In this document: piece by piece, positions 12,762-21,371 of the stretch
Layout of the letters: each line of letters begins with the position of its first letter
Position numbering within the stretch: position 1 is the first letter of the stretch
Assembly: GCA_029864385.1 (NCBI GenBank)
Contig: JAOTTL010000002.1
Coordinates: 1-49,120 of the forward strand
DNA: 49,120 bases
Direction: 5' to 3'
Source of the DNA: Betaproteobacteria bacterium
Lineage (GTDB): Bacteria; Pseudomonadota; Gammaproteobacteria; Burkholderiales; SG8-41
Translations under genes and position numbers: made by a program
Notes under the pieces: model-generated
Databases searched by the model: none
What the model was told of the DNA's origin: nothing
What the model saw: the letters and a program-made list of their open reading frames with translations, nothing else

Positions 12762-13895
12762 GTGCCGATGCGCCGGCAGGACCACTCGGCTCGCATGAAG
12801 CGCGGCAAGTCACCCGAGCGCCCGCCGGTATCCGTGATTACCGGCTATCTGGGCAGCGGCAAGACGACGCTGCTCAATCGGCTGCTGCGCCATCCGGCAC
12901 TCGCGAACACCGCGGTCATCATCAACGAGTTTGGCGAGATCGCGCTCGACCATCTACTGGTCGCGGCGCCGAGCGAGAACATGGTGCTGCTCGCGAACGG
13001 TTGCATCTGCTGCGCCGTGCGGGGCGACCTCGTCGGCACGCTGGGCGACCTTGCCGACAAGCGCGCACGCGGCGAAACACCCCCCTTTGATCGTGTCTTG
13101 ATCGAAACCACCGGCTTGGCCGACCCGGTCCCGGTTCTGCAGACCCTCATAACCGATCCGGAAGTCGGCCCGCGCTACCGCCTCGACGGGGTCCTGACGC
13201 TCGTGGATGGTGTGCATGGCGCCGCGCAGCTCGACGCCCACCGCGAAGCCGTCAAGCAGGCCGCGCTGGCCGACCGGCTGCTGATCACCAAATGCGACGT
13301 TGCGCCAGATGAATCGATCGCGGCGCTCGAGCGCAGGCTGGGCGCGCTCAATCCGGCCGCGCAGCGTTACCGCATAACACGCGGGGAAATATCCCCGGAG
13401 GAACTGTTCGGCGTCGCGCTCGAAGATCGTGGCGCCAAAGGACTTGCGCGTTGGCTGCGGCAGGAGGCCTATGTTGCGACTGGTGCGCGTCGCGGTGGCT
13501 ACATCGGGGCTGACCGGCACGACAACGGCATCGATGCTTTCAGCGTGCATCTCGACCAGCCGGTCACGCGCGCGGGGCTTGTCACGTGGCTTCATCTGCT
13601 CGCCTCGCTCCGAGGTGCCAACTTGCTGCGCATGAAAGGCCTCCTCAATGTCGAGGGCCGCCCCGTGACGGTGCACGCGGTGCAGACGCTGATCGACGAG
13701 CCGGTTCCGCTGGAGCGGTGGCCGGATGAGGACCGCCGGTCGCGGCTGGTCTTCATCACGCGCGACATGGCGCGCGCTGACATCGAGCGGACCCTGGACG
13801 CGCTGGGTTTTGATGCGGGCGCCGCGCAGCAATCGGGGGCTTTCGATCCGCGCGCCTACGAGCGCTTCGTCGCAGTGGCGGGAAATTTCCGGTGA
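12762..13895 (+). CDS. COG0523-family (CobW-like) G3E GTPase metallochaperone
   Basis: P-loop GYLGSGKTTLLN, metal motif GCICC, CobW_C-like C-terminal domain. The start is ambiguous (GTG 12762, ATG 12768 or ATG 12795). Confidence 0.85.
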   Translation: MPMRRQDHSARMKRGKSPERPPVSVITGYLGSGKTTLLNRLLRHPALANTAVIINEFGEIALDHLLVAAPSENMVLLANGCICCAVRGDLVGTLGDLADKRARGETPPFDRVLIETTGLADPVPVLQTLITDPEVGPRYRLDGVLTLVDGVHGAAQLDAHREAVKQAALADRLLITKCDVAPDESIAALERRLGALNPAAQRYRITRGEISPEELFGVALEDRGAKGLARWLRQEAYVATGARRGGYIGADRHDNGIDAFSVHLDQPVTRAGLVTWLHLLASLRGANLLRMKGLLNVEGRPVTVHAVQTLIDEPVPLERWPDEDRRSRLVFITRDMARADIERTLDALGFDAGAAQQSGAFDPRAYERFVAVAGNFR

Positions 13896-13931
13896 ACCAG
13901 GGCAGTAAGTGATGAGGGAGGTATACGGGAA

Positions 13932-15278
13932 ATGGAGATGAAGTTTCCGGAGGAGAAGGGCCCGCAGCAGTTCGTCAAGGGCGGAACGTTGATCGACGGC
14001 TCGGGCAAGAAGCCGATCAAGGATCCCGTCATCGAGTTGAACGGACGTCGCATCAAGCGCGTCGGCACCAAGGCGAGCATCAGGATCCCGCCGCGCGCCA
14101 CCGTGATCGATTGCGGCAACAACACGCTCATGCCGGGGATGATGGATCTGCACATCCACACGGCCATGTACAACTGCATGACTTTCCACAACCACCGGGT
14201 CGCGCAGTTCGAGATCATGCCGCACTTGCAGCAGATGTACTCGTTGTTCCACGCGCAGAACTGCTTCGACATGGGTTTCACGACCCTGCGCGATCTCGGC
14301 ATGAACGGACCCTACGGCCTGCTCGTCAACGAGCTGTGCGCGGTGCGCGACGCCATCAATGCCGGCATCGTGGAAGGCCCGCGCATGCTGGTCGCCGGCT
14401 TCACGACCATGACCGGATCGCACCTGGATCTCATCCAGCCGCGGGCGATGCATCGCTGGGGCTTCAACACGGCTGATGGGCCTTGGGAGCTCAGAAAGCT
14501 CGCGCGGAAGAACATGCTCGCCGGCTGTGACGTCATCAAGACGTGCGCGTCCGGAGGCGGAGGCACGGACAAGGAAGAGCCCGACATCCGCAATCTCACG
14601 CAGGAAGAGCTCGATGCGCTCGTCGACGAAGCGCACGCCCTGCACAAGCACGCGGCGGTGCACTGCTTCACCACCCAGGCGCAACGCATGGCGATAAAGG
14701 CCGGCACCGACACGATCGAGCACATGGTTTTTCACGACGACAAGACCATCGACCTGATTGCCGAGGTGGGCGTGCCCGTTACGCCCACCCTGTCGCATCG
14801 CACGGATCACGCGATCCAACTGCGGCGCGAGCAGGGCACTGCGGAGTTCGTGCTGCGCAAGATGAAGTATCTGCAGCCCTTCTGCTTCCAGACCTTCCAG
14901 AAGATGTACAAGGCTGGCGTCAAGATCGCCATGGGAACCGACATGGGCTTCGAGCCCCACATGGGGACGAACGGCGCGGAGCTGGAAATCTATGTCAAGC
15001 TCGGGATGAAGCCGATGGACGCGATTCTGACCGCGACTCGCAACGCGGCGCAGGCGCTGAAGATGGACAAGGATCTCGGCACGATTGTGGCCGGGAAGCT
15101 CGCCGACATCATCGCCATCAACGGCGATCCGCTAAAGAACATCCGTTGCATTCAGGACAAGAAAAACATCCAGCTGGTGATGAAGGAAGGCAAGATCTAC
15201 GCCGATCGCCGCCCGGGAAAGAACAAGAATGTCGTCAACGTAAAGCCGGGGGAGTGGAAGATCGTTGATTATCTGTAA
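13932..15278 (+). CDS. metal-dependent amidohydrolase-superfamily hydrolase
   Basis: HxH metal motif in LMPGMMDLHIHT, TIM-barrel amidohydrolase layout, C-terminal ADIIAINGDPL. RBS GAGGGAGG. Confidence 0.85.
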   Translation: MEMKFPEEKGPQQFVKGGTLIDGSGKKPIKDPVIELNGRRIKRVGTKASIRIPPRATVIDCGNNTLMPGMMDLHIHTAMYNCMTFHNHRVAQFEIMPHLQQMYSLFHAQNCFDMGFTTLRDLGMNGPYGLLVNELCAVRDAINAGIVEGPRMLVAGFTTMTGSHLDLIQPRAMHRWGFNTADGPWELRKLARKNMLAGCDVIKTCASGGGGTDKEEPDIRNLTQEELDALVDEAHALHKHAAVHCFTTQAQRMAIKAGTDTIEHMVFHDDKTIDLIAEVGVPVTPTLSHRTDHAIQLRREQGTAEFVLRKMKYLQPFCFQTFQKMYKAGVKIAMGTDMGFEPHMGTNGAELEIYVKLGMKPMDAILTATRNAAQALKMDKDLGTIVAGKLADIIAINGDPLKNIRCIQDKKNIQLVMKEGKIYADRRPGKNKNVVNVKPGEWKIVDYL

Positions 15279-15299
15279 TTCGCTCTGCGAATTACAGAT
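15271..15299. other. perfect 13-bp stem / 3-nt loop hairpin spanning the amidohydrolase stop codon
   Basis: ATCTGTAATTCGC tct GCGAATTACAGAT. It is AT-rich compared with its surroundings and has no trailing T-run. Confidence 0.9.
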
Positions 15300-15338
15300 T
15301 AATGAGGGAACGGAACGAACAGTAACTTTTAACTCAGG

Positions 15339-15866
15339 GTGAGGCACATGGCGATGCGCAAGAGTTCAGCCGGGAAATCCTCCAATGTCGGCGCGCGCAA
15401 GCGCGCCGGTGGTCAGTTTTCGTCGCGTGGCGCGACGAAAACTAAGGGCGCGACGAAGGGCGGTAACGGGCGTTACCAGTTCAAGCTGGCGGGCCTGAAG
15501 AAGGTTCCAGCCGGAACTGGCTACTCGACGTCGCATGGCGGCGTTGTGGAAGGCAAACGGATGCTCGTAGGCTACATCCACAAGCCGCGCGGCACCGGCT
15601 CGCGCATGCACACGCACAAGAACGAGCAGTTCAACTTCGTGGTCCAGGGCACACTGAAGGGCTCGGTCAATGGCAAGCGCGTGCTGGCACCCGCTGGCAC
15701 GCTGATCTATATTCCGGCAAACGTGCCGCACACGCTCGTCGCCACGCCGGAAAAGAACGTGATCTTCATCGCCATCAAGGATCTCTCGCAGGGCATTATC
15801 GGAAAGGCGGTCGACGGCACGATGGCGGGGCCGCTCTACGAGCGCGGCTACGGCCCGCGCGATTAG
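15339..15866 (+). CDS. cupin-domain protein with basic low-complexity N-terminus
   Basis: Cupin motifs GSRMHTHKNEQFNFVVQG and IYIPANVPHT. The first ~55 aa are K/R/G/S-rich. Confidence 0.7.
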   Translation: MRHMAMRKSSAGKSSNVGARKRAGGQFSSRGATKTKGATKGGNGRYQFKLAGLKKVPAGTGYSTSHGGVVEGKRMLVGYIHKPRGTGSRMHTHKNEQFNFVVQGTLKGSVNGKRVLAPAGTLIYIPANVPHTLVATPEKNVIFIAIKDLSQGIIGKAVDGTMAGPLYERGYGPRD

Positions 15867-15877
15867 GTCCAGCCGGC

Positions 15878-17413
15878 GTGTCCCACGAAGACCTCCTGAG
15901 GCAGCTCGAGGAGAACACCACCGCCGCGCTTGCGATGGGCGGGCCCGAGAAACTCGCCGAGCGCAAGGCCCAGCGGCTGCTCAATGCGCGCGAGCGCATC
16001 GATTATCTCGTCGACCCGGGGTCCTTCGTCGAATCGGGCCGCTTTGCCCGCGCGATCCGCCCCGAGGTGAGGCACAAGACGCCGGCTGACGGCAAGGTCG
16101 TGGGTTTCGCGCGGATCGGCGGGCGGGAAGTTGCGCTCGTCTCGAACGACTTCACCGTGCTCGGCGCCTCGTCGAGCGTGGTCAACATGAAGAAGATCAA
16201 GCATGTCAAGCAGACCGCGTCCAAGCGCGGTTTGCCGCTGGTCCTGCTTGGCGAGTCCTCGGGCGCACGCATGCCGGACCGCATGGGCGCGGCCGGGCGC
16301 GCGATCATCGCGCAGGATTCCACTGAGTACCAGCGGCTGCGCGAGACCCCCTGGGTTTCTGCGTTGCTCGGCCAGTGCTACGGCTCTTCAACGTGGTACT
16401 CGGCTATGTCCGATTTCGTCGTGATGCGCAAAGGTGCCATCATGGCGATCGCCAGCCCTAGCGTTACCTCCATCGCGATTGGCAAGCCGATCGACCCGGA
16501 GGACCTGGGCGGCTGGAAGCTCCTGACCGGTATCTCCGGGCTGGCCGATCTGGCGGTCGACACTGACGAGCAGGCGCTCGACGCCATCAGGCGATTCCTG
16601 TCCTACCTGCCGAGCCACAGCATGGAGCCGCCGCCGGAGTACCCCGTGCCGGCCGGCTCGGATGAGCCGTGCCGCAAGGTTCTCGATGTCCTGCCCGAGT
16701 CGCGCAACAAGGTCTATGACGGGCGCAAGATCATCGCCGCGATCGCGGATCTCGAGTCGCCCTTCGAACTGAAAGAGCGCTACGGCCGTTCCGTGTCGAC
16801 TGTGTTCGCGCGCCTCGACGGCAAGAGCGTGGGCTTCGTCGCCAACAACCCCCTGTTCAAAGGCGGGGCGCTTGATGCAGACGCGTGCCAGAAGGTCACG
16901 AGCTTCATGGTGCTGTGCGATTCCTTCAACATCCCTCTCGTGTTCCTGGTGGATGTGCCCGGATTCCTGATCGGGCTTGAGGGCGAGATGCGCGGCATGC
17001 CCGGCAAGGTGATCAACTGGATGAATGCACTGACGCAGGTTACCGTGCCCAGGATCACGGTCATCATGCGCAAGAACTATGGCCAGGCGTTCATCAACAT
17101 GGGCGGCGGCAAGAACACCGACGAGGTGGCGTGCTGGCCGATGGCGGATCTGGGATTCATGGATCCGGCGGTCTCCGTCAACGTGCTCTACGGATTGAAG
17201 CGCGAAGACGATCCGGAGCGCTTCAAGGAACTCGTGGCCGAGGTCGAGCGCGACACGGCGCCTTGGGGTCTCGCCGAACTCTACGAAGCACAGAACGTGA
17301 TCGATCCGCGCGATACGCGTCAATTCCTGATTCGCACGTTGCAGGTCCACCGCATGCGCATGAAAAGAGGCGTGGGCGAGCACCTGTTGCGCAACTGGCC
17401 GACGAGCTATTAG
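15878..17413 (+). CDS. acyl-CoA carboxylase carboxyltransferase subunit (paralog 1)
   Basis: GTG start 11 nt after the cupin stop. Carboxyl-transferase domain motifs VSNDFTVLGASSS, FVANNPLFKGGALD, ACWPMADLGFM. About half the residues are shared with 25831..27366, including the identical C-terminus WPTSY. Confidence 0.9.
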   Translation: MSHEDLLRQLEENTTAALAMGGPEKLAERKAQRLLNARERIDYLVDPGSFVESGRFARAIRPEVRHKTPADGKVVGFARIGGREVALVSNDFTVLGASSSVVNMKKIKHVKQTASKRGLPLVLLGESSGARMPDRMGAAGRAIIAQDSTEYQRLRETPWVSALLGQCYGSSTWYSAMSDFVVMRKGAIMAIASPSVTSIAIGKPIDPEDLGGWKLLTGISGLADLAVDTDEQALDAIRRFLSYLPSHSMEPPPEYPVPAGSDEPCRKVLDVLPESRNKVYDGRKIIAAIADLESPFELKERYGRSVSTVFARLDGKSVGFVANNPLFKGGALDADACQKVTSFMVLCDSFNIPLVFLVDVPGFLIGLEGEMRGMPGKVINWMNALTQVTVPRITVIMRKNYGQAFINMGGGKNTDEVACWPMADLGFMDPAVSVNVLYGLKREDDPERFKELVAEVERDTAPWGLAELYEAQNVIDPRDTRQFLIRTLQVHRMRMKRGVGEHLLRNWPTSY

Positions 17414-17440
17414 CAGCGGCTGCCAGAATCACGCAGGATT

Positions 17441-17458
17441 TAGCCGCAGATAAGCGCC
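17441..17458 (-). repeat. copy of the GCGTTTATCTGCGGCY motif (reverse strand)
   Basis: The plus strand reads TAGCCGCAGATAAGCGCC, whose reverse complement is GGCGCTTATCTGCGGCTA. Confidence 0.8.
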
Positions 17459-17534
17459 GATTAGATCAATAAGTGGTTAGAGGGTGAGCTGGCAGGCTTG
17501 CGCGAAATCGTTTCCAGTCCAGGGAGGGTGTGAA

Positions 17535-17954
17535 ATGCAGTGCGGGTGTCTGACAAGTACGAGGTCCGGTGATGCTGGCGCCGATACCGGCGACGCACCG
17601 GCGCGCCCAGGCCCAGCGCTGGGGCTGGCATTGATCGTGGCGCTCGTGGCGGGCTGCGTCTACGTTGACGATGTGCGGGAATCCGTTCTCCCGGCCCGCA
17701 TCGATTACTCATGCGCGGGAAACAAGGTCCTGCCGGTGTCGCGCGCGCCCGGTCAGAAGCACGCCGCAGTCCTCCTCGATGGAAAGTGGGTGAAGCTGGC
17801 GCGCGCCGATAGCGCGGCGCAGGAAAAGTACAGCAATGGAACCTACGCCCTGTACCTGCATGATGAACGCGCGATGTTGGAGGACCAAGGGCGGGTCCTG
17901 TACGGGCCGTGCACCTCGCCGGTTGATCTCCCGACGGCTCGCCGTTATCGCTGA
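17535..17954 (+). CDS. MliC-like lipoprotein (candidate lysozyme-inhibitor fold)
   Basis: RBS GGGAGGG before ATG 17535; lipobox LVAGC. The pattern Y.C..N.VLPV....(hydrophobic strand)...L..ADSAAQEKYSNG.YALY.....L.......Y.PC resembles MliC. Weak, based on recalled family features only. Confidence 0.5.
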   Translation: MQCGCLTSTRSGDAGADTGDAPARPGPALGLALIVALVAGCVYVDDVRESVLPARIDYSCAGNKVLPVSRAPGQKHAAVLLDGKWVKLARADSAAQEKYSNGTYALYLHDERAMLEDQGRVLYGPCTSPVDLPTARRYR

Positions 17955-17986
17955 GAGTTCCGCGTGGCGGCGCACAGCGGCGCGTA

Positions 17987-18283
17987 GTGACGCCTGAGGT
18001 TGTCGCGATGAAGCCGCGCTTGTTCTACGTTATCGCTTGGCTGCCGCTCGCCCTCCTGCTTGGAGTCCAACTCTACGCGCGCCAGTTCGATGGTTGGGGT
18101 CGGTGGGCGGCCGCACCCTTGTTTCTGCTGCCGGTCATCTTGAGCGCGGTGTTGGTCGTGTTCGGCGTCGCGATCTGCCGTCGTGAGGCCGCAGCGGGTC
18201 GCGCGCTGGCCGCTATGGCTACCGCAACGCTGGCCGCCGCCATTCCCGCGCTCTGGTTTGTGGTGCGCGTGCTCGCGAGCTGA
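17987..18283 (+). CDS. hypothetical small membrane protein (3 predicted TM helices)
   Basis: Three hydrophobic helices (LFYVIAWLPLALLLGV, LFLLPVILSAVLVVFGVAI, ATLAAAIPALWFVVRVL). The antisense ORF looks spurious. Confidence 0.45.
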   Translation: MTPEVVAMKPRLFYVIAWLPLALLLGVQLYARQFDGWGRWAAAPLFLLPVILSAVLVVFGVAICRREAAAGRALAAMATATLAAAIPALWFVVRVLAS

Positions 18284-18331
18284 GCAGCACGCGGCGTTTC
18301 GTAGCGGCGTTATTGCCCGGCGCCACGCCAA

Positions 18332-19309
18332 TCAGGGAGCGACGGGCGTCGGCGGCGGCAAAACCGCGCCCTTCTCACCGGCGACGCGGCGTAGAACGTC
18401 GGGACGGTCGCTGATGATGCCGTCGACTCCCCAGTCGATGAGGCGCCGCATGTCGGCGGGCTCGTTCACCGTCCATACCACGACTTTTAAACCGAACGCG
18501 TGTGCTTCCTTGACCGCTTCGCGCGTGAGATCGCCGCTATACGGCGACCACACGGCCCCTCCCGCCGCCTTGACCATCCGGGGAATGGCCCCCTCGAACT
18601 GACTTACATGTAAGCCAGCCGTCCAAGGTGAGGATGGACGGCTGGCTTGAATGTTGTCCATGAAGTCGCTGACCGTCGTGAGATAAACGGTCGCGATTTC
18701 CGGCGCGTCCGCCTGCACGACGGCGAGCGTGCGCCAGTCGAACGACTGGATAGCCGTGCGATCGGCCATTCCGGCCGCCCGCACGGCTGAAATGAGTACA
18801 CGGGCAAAGACCTCTGGGGCGACCGTCTCATCCGGCGCCAACGGGGATGTCTTCGTCTCGATGTTGAAGCGCACCGTGTCGTTGGCGGCCTTGCGCACGA
18901 GATTAAACACGTCTGATAGTCGCGGGATGCGTGCACCGTCGACCGCCTGCTGCTCCGGCCAGCGCTTCGCGTAGGCGCTCGCCGGGTTGATGCGGCCTAC
19001 GTCGTAGCGCTGCAGTTCTTCGTAAGTGAGGTCACGAATACGGGGACCGGGGTTCGTCAGCCAGTTCCCGTCTGGCCCGCGAGTCAGGTCCGGGTTCAGG
19101 ACGGAGTCGTGACCGATTACGGCCACGCCGTCCTTTGTGACCGCGCAATCCATCTCGAGCGTGGTGACGCCGATCGAGAGCGCGCGGGCGAAGGCCGCCA
19201 GCGTGTTCTCGGGTGCGAGCCCGCGCGCGCCACGGTGGCCCTGCAAATCAAGCGCGTATGTGCCAGTGGCGGCCATGGTGAATGCTGCACAAATTATCGC
19301 GAAGCGCAT
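18332..19309 (-). CDS. glycerophosphodiester phosphodiesterase family protein, secreted
   Basis: Start at internal Met (MRFAIICAAFTMAATGTYA signal peptide), then DLQGHRGARGLAPENT and WGVDGIISDRPD. The upstream 58 codons of ORF 18332..19483 run through a tandem repeat and are rejected. Confidence 0.85.
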   Translation of the reverse strand: MRFAIICAAFTMAATGTYALDLQGHRGARGLAPENTLAAFARALSIGVTTLEMDCAVTKDGVAVIGHDSVLNPDLTRGPDGNWLTNPGPRIRDLTYEELQRYDVGRINPASAYAKRWPEQQAVDGARIPRLSDVFNLVRKAANDTVRFNIETKTSPLAPDETVAPEVFARVLISAVRAAGMADRTAIQSFDWRTLAVVQADAPEIATVYLTTVSDFMDNIQASRPSSPWTAGLHVSQFEGAIPRMVKAAGGAVWSPYSGDLTREAVKEAHAFGLKVVVWTVNEPADMRRLIDWGVDGIISDRPDVLRRVAGEKGAVLPPPTPVAP

Positions 19310-19330
19310 GCCCGATGGGTCGAGGGAGCC

Positions 19331-19418
19331 CGTGAAGTTGGGAGATCGGGAGATGGAAAACCGGGAGATCGTGAGATCGGAAAATCGTGAGATCGGGAAA
19401 TCGGGAGATGGAAAAAAC
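19331..19418. repeat. ~11 units of a degenerate 8-nt repeat (GGGAGATC / GTGAGATC / GGAAAATC) upstream of the GDPD gene
   Basis: CGTGAAGT TGGGAGAT CGGGAGAT GGAAAAC CGGGAGAT CGTGAGAT CGGAAAAT CGTGAGAT CGGGAAAT CGGGAGAT GGAAAAAAC. Confidence 0.9.
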
Positions 19419-19463
19419 GCAGTCTCCCTCTCACGCTCTGACGCGCTCCCGTTCTCACGGATC

Positions 19464-20150
19464 TTATCCGCCGCCGGGCGCAAGCCCTGTCATCCGCCAT
19501 CCACCTTCGGTCTTGACGAAGCAGGCGGCGTGCTCGATCGGGCTGCGGATCTGTTCTTCCGGAACATAACCCTCGCCGTTCCTTACCTTGACTTTGACCC
19601 AGCGCTGCTTCACGTCCGCGGCCTTATCGGTGACCTCCCAGTCGGAGATCGTGACGATGTCGTAGGAGAGCACCTGCACCGTCGCCGACCTCGACGACGG
19701 CCCCGCTTTTACCAGGACCTCGCGCGCGACCGCCGCGCCGTGCTGGAACGGATCCACGTCCTGCGGCCACTTCGCGAGCAGGTACGGTGCGCAGAGCTCG
19801 CGGCGGCCATTTTCACGCTCGAGGTACGCGGAACCGAGAAAGAGCGCGGAGCGCAGCGCGTGCCACAGGGGACCCTTCTCGGCATCGACTTCCCATCGCT
19901 TTCTGAATTCCGCGGCGCCGCGGGGCGCTTCGAGGCCGGTGCGCACGTCCTGCGCGAGGATCCCCATCACGTGTTTACGGTCGCGCACCTCCGCGGCGTT
20001 GAGCAGCCGGTTACGGAAGCTGACCCAGGACGGGTCGCGCGCGGCCTCGTCCACGGGCTCGAGCCGGCCCTCCTGACCGAGCGCGGGCGCCGGGGGCGGG
20101 CCAACCAGCATGGCCACCAGAACGAAGGGCAGCGCGATTTTTGCGGTCAT
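19464..20150 (-). CDS. hypothetical secreted protein with SH3-like C-terminal region
   Basis: Signal peptide MTAKIALPFVLVAMLVG. ATGA overlap with the upstream enoyl-CoA hydratase gene. No recognisable catalytic motif. Confidence 0.6.
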   Translation of the reverse strand: MTAKIALPFVLVAMLVGPPPAPALGQEGRLEPVDEAARDPSWVSFRNRLLNAAEVRDRKHVMGILAQDVRTGLEAPRGAAEFRKRWEVDAEKGPLWHALRSALFLGSAYLERENGRRELCAPYLLAKWPQDVDPFQHGAAVAREVLVKAGPSSRSATVQVLSYDIVTISDWEVTDKAADVKQRWVKVKVRNGEGYVPEEQIRSPIEHAACFVKTEGGWRMTGLAPGGG

Positions 20151-20962
20151 TTGCCCTTGAAGTCACCGGCGCGCTTTTCGAAGAACGCGCCGAGCGCTTC
20201 GAGGTGGTCCCCCGTTTTCTGCAATATCGCCTGAAACGACGCGCAGGTCTCGAGATGGTCCTCGAGACTCTGTTCCTGAGCCAGCTTGAGCGTGCGCTTG
20301 GCGTAGCGCACGGCTAGCGGCGGCTTTGCCGCGATCTGCGCGGCGATTTCCTGCGCGCGCGGCATGAGCGCCTCGGGCTCGGTCACCTCGAGCAGGATGC
20401 CGATGGCGCGCGCTTCCTCGGCTTTAATGACACGGCCGGTCAAGGTCAGCTCGGCGGCGCGTTGTGTCCCGACGAGGCGCTGGAGAAACCAGGCGCCACC
20501 GTCGCCGGCAATCAGGCTCAGGTTGATGAACGATTCGCCGAACTGCGCACGAGTCGAGCCGATACGGATATCGCACATATTCGCGAGATCGAAGCCTGCG
20601 CCCATTGCCGGGCCGTTTACCGCGGCAATAATGGCGATTTCGGAGCGGCGCATTGCCACTGGAATGCGTTGAATGCCGCGGCGGTAGTATTGCTCGAGCT
20701 CAAAAGACGCTGCGGTACCGGAACGCTCGCGCATTACCTTAATGTTGCCTCCGGCGGAGAACGCGCTGCCGGCGCCGGTCAGAATCAGCACCGAGAGGCC
20801 CTCGCATGCATTCGCCCATTCCAGCGCCGCACAAATGTCGTCAACGAGGCCGGTCCCAGTGAGCGTGTTGCGTACGTCGTCGCGTCGCAACGTGAGTACC
20901 GCCACGCGCCCGTCGCGAGCGAGCGTGGCATCCTTGAGGGTTGGCAGGCTTGTGGTGCTCAT
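20147..20962 (-). CDS. enoyl-CoA hydratase/isomerase (crotonase) family protein
   Basis: ILTGAGSAFSAGGNI oxyanion-hole motif and crotonase fold length (271 aa). Confidence 0.9.
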   Translation of the reverse strand: MSTTSLPTLKDATLARDGRVAVLTLRRDDVRNTLTGTGLVDDICAALEWANACEGLSVLILTGAGSAFSAGGNIKVMRERSGTAASFELEQYYRRGIQRIPVAMRRSEIAIIAAVNGPAMGAGFDLANMCDIRIGSTRAQFGESFINLSLIAGDGGAWFLQRLVGTQRAAELTLTGRVIKAEEARAIGILLEVTEPEALMPRAQEIAAQIAAKPPLAVRYAKRTLKLAQEQSLEDHLETCASFQAILQKTGDHLEALGAFFEKRAGDFKGK

Positions 20963-21093
20963 TTGATAGCGAGAAGAAAGGCTGTTGTTGCAAGCGCGCT
21001 ATGTTACGCAGCGCACGCGGCAGGCACAACCCGCCGTGCTATACTCGCCGCGGCATTTTTTGCAGGACATCGTAAGATTTCACATACGTACGC

Positions 21094-21315
21094 ATGGCAC
21101 GTATCGATATCAAGTCCGAAATCACCGGGACGGTCTGGAAGGTCACGACGGGGCCTGGAGACAAGGTCGACTCCGGCGACGCGCTGCTCATCATAGAGTC
21201 GATGAAGATGGAAATTCCGGTGATTACGGAAGATGCAGGAACGGTCGTGGAAATCCTCGTCCAAGAGAAGGAAGCTGTGGCCGAAGGCCAGGTGGTCGCC
21301 GTCCTTGATGGCTAG
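21094..21315 (+). CDS. stand-alone biotin carboxyl carrier protein (biotinyl domain only)
   Basis: 73 aa with the biotinylation motif ..LLIIESMKMEIPV.. Confidence 0.85.
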   Translation: MARIDIKSEITGTVWKVTTGPGDKVDSGDALLIIESMKMEIPVITEDAGTVVEILVQEKEAVAEGQVVAVLDG

Positions 21316-21344
21316 AACGTGTGTCGAAAACCGAAAGACATTCC

Positions 21345-21371
21345 TAGCCGCGTTTATCTGCGGCTAAATCG
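21345..21371 (+). repeat. copy of the GCGTTTATCTGCGGCY motif, here a 7-bp hairpin TAGCCGC gtttatct GCGGCTA
   Basis: TAGCCGCGTTTATCTGCGGCTAAATCG. It overlaps the GntR stop codon (21354-21356). Confidence 0.85.

Noticed and set aside
12954-14960. 668-aa minus-strand ORF. Similar long antisense ORFs occur at 3334-4755, 5783-6886, 16388-17383, 19137-20234, 23530-24633, 30023-31123, 41622-43610 and 43885-44952.
   Set aside because: All lie antisense to genes with clear family motifs and have Arg/Ala/Gly/His-rich low-complexity translations. They are typical stop-poor shadow ORFs of GC-rich DNA.
18332-19483. 383-aa form of the glycerophosphodiesterase with an N-terminal extension
   Set aside because: The extension is the translation of the 8-nt tandem repeat. 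A signal peptide begins at the internal Met (19309).
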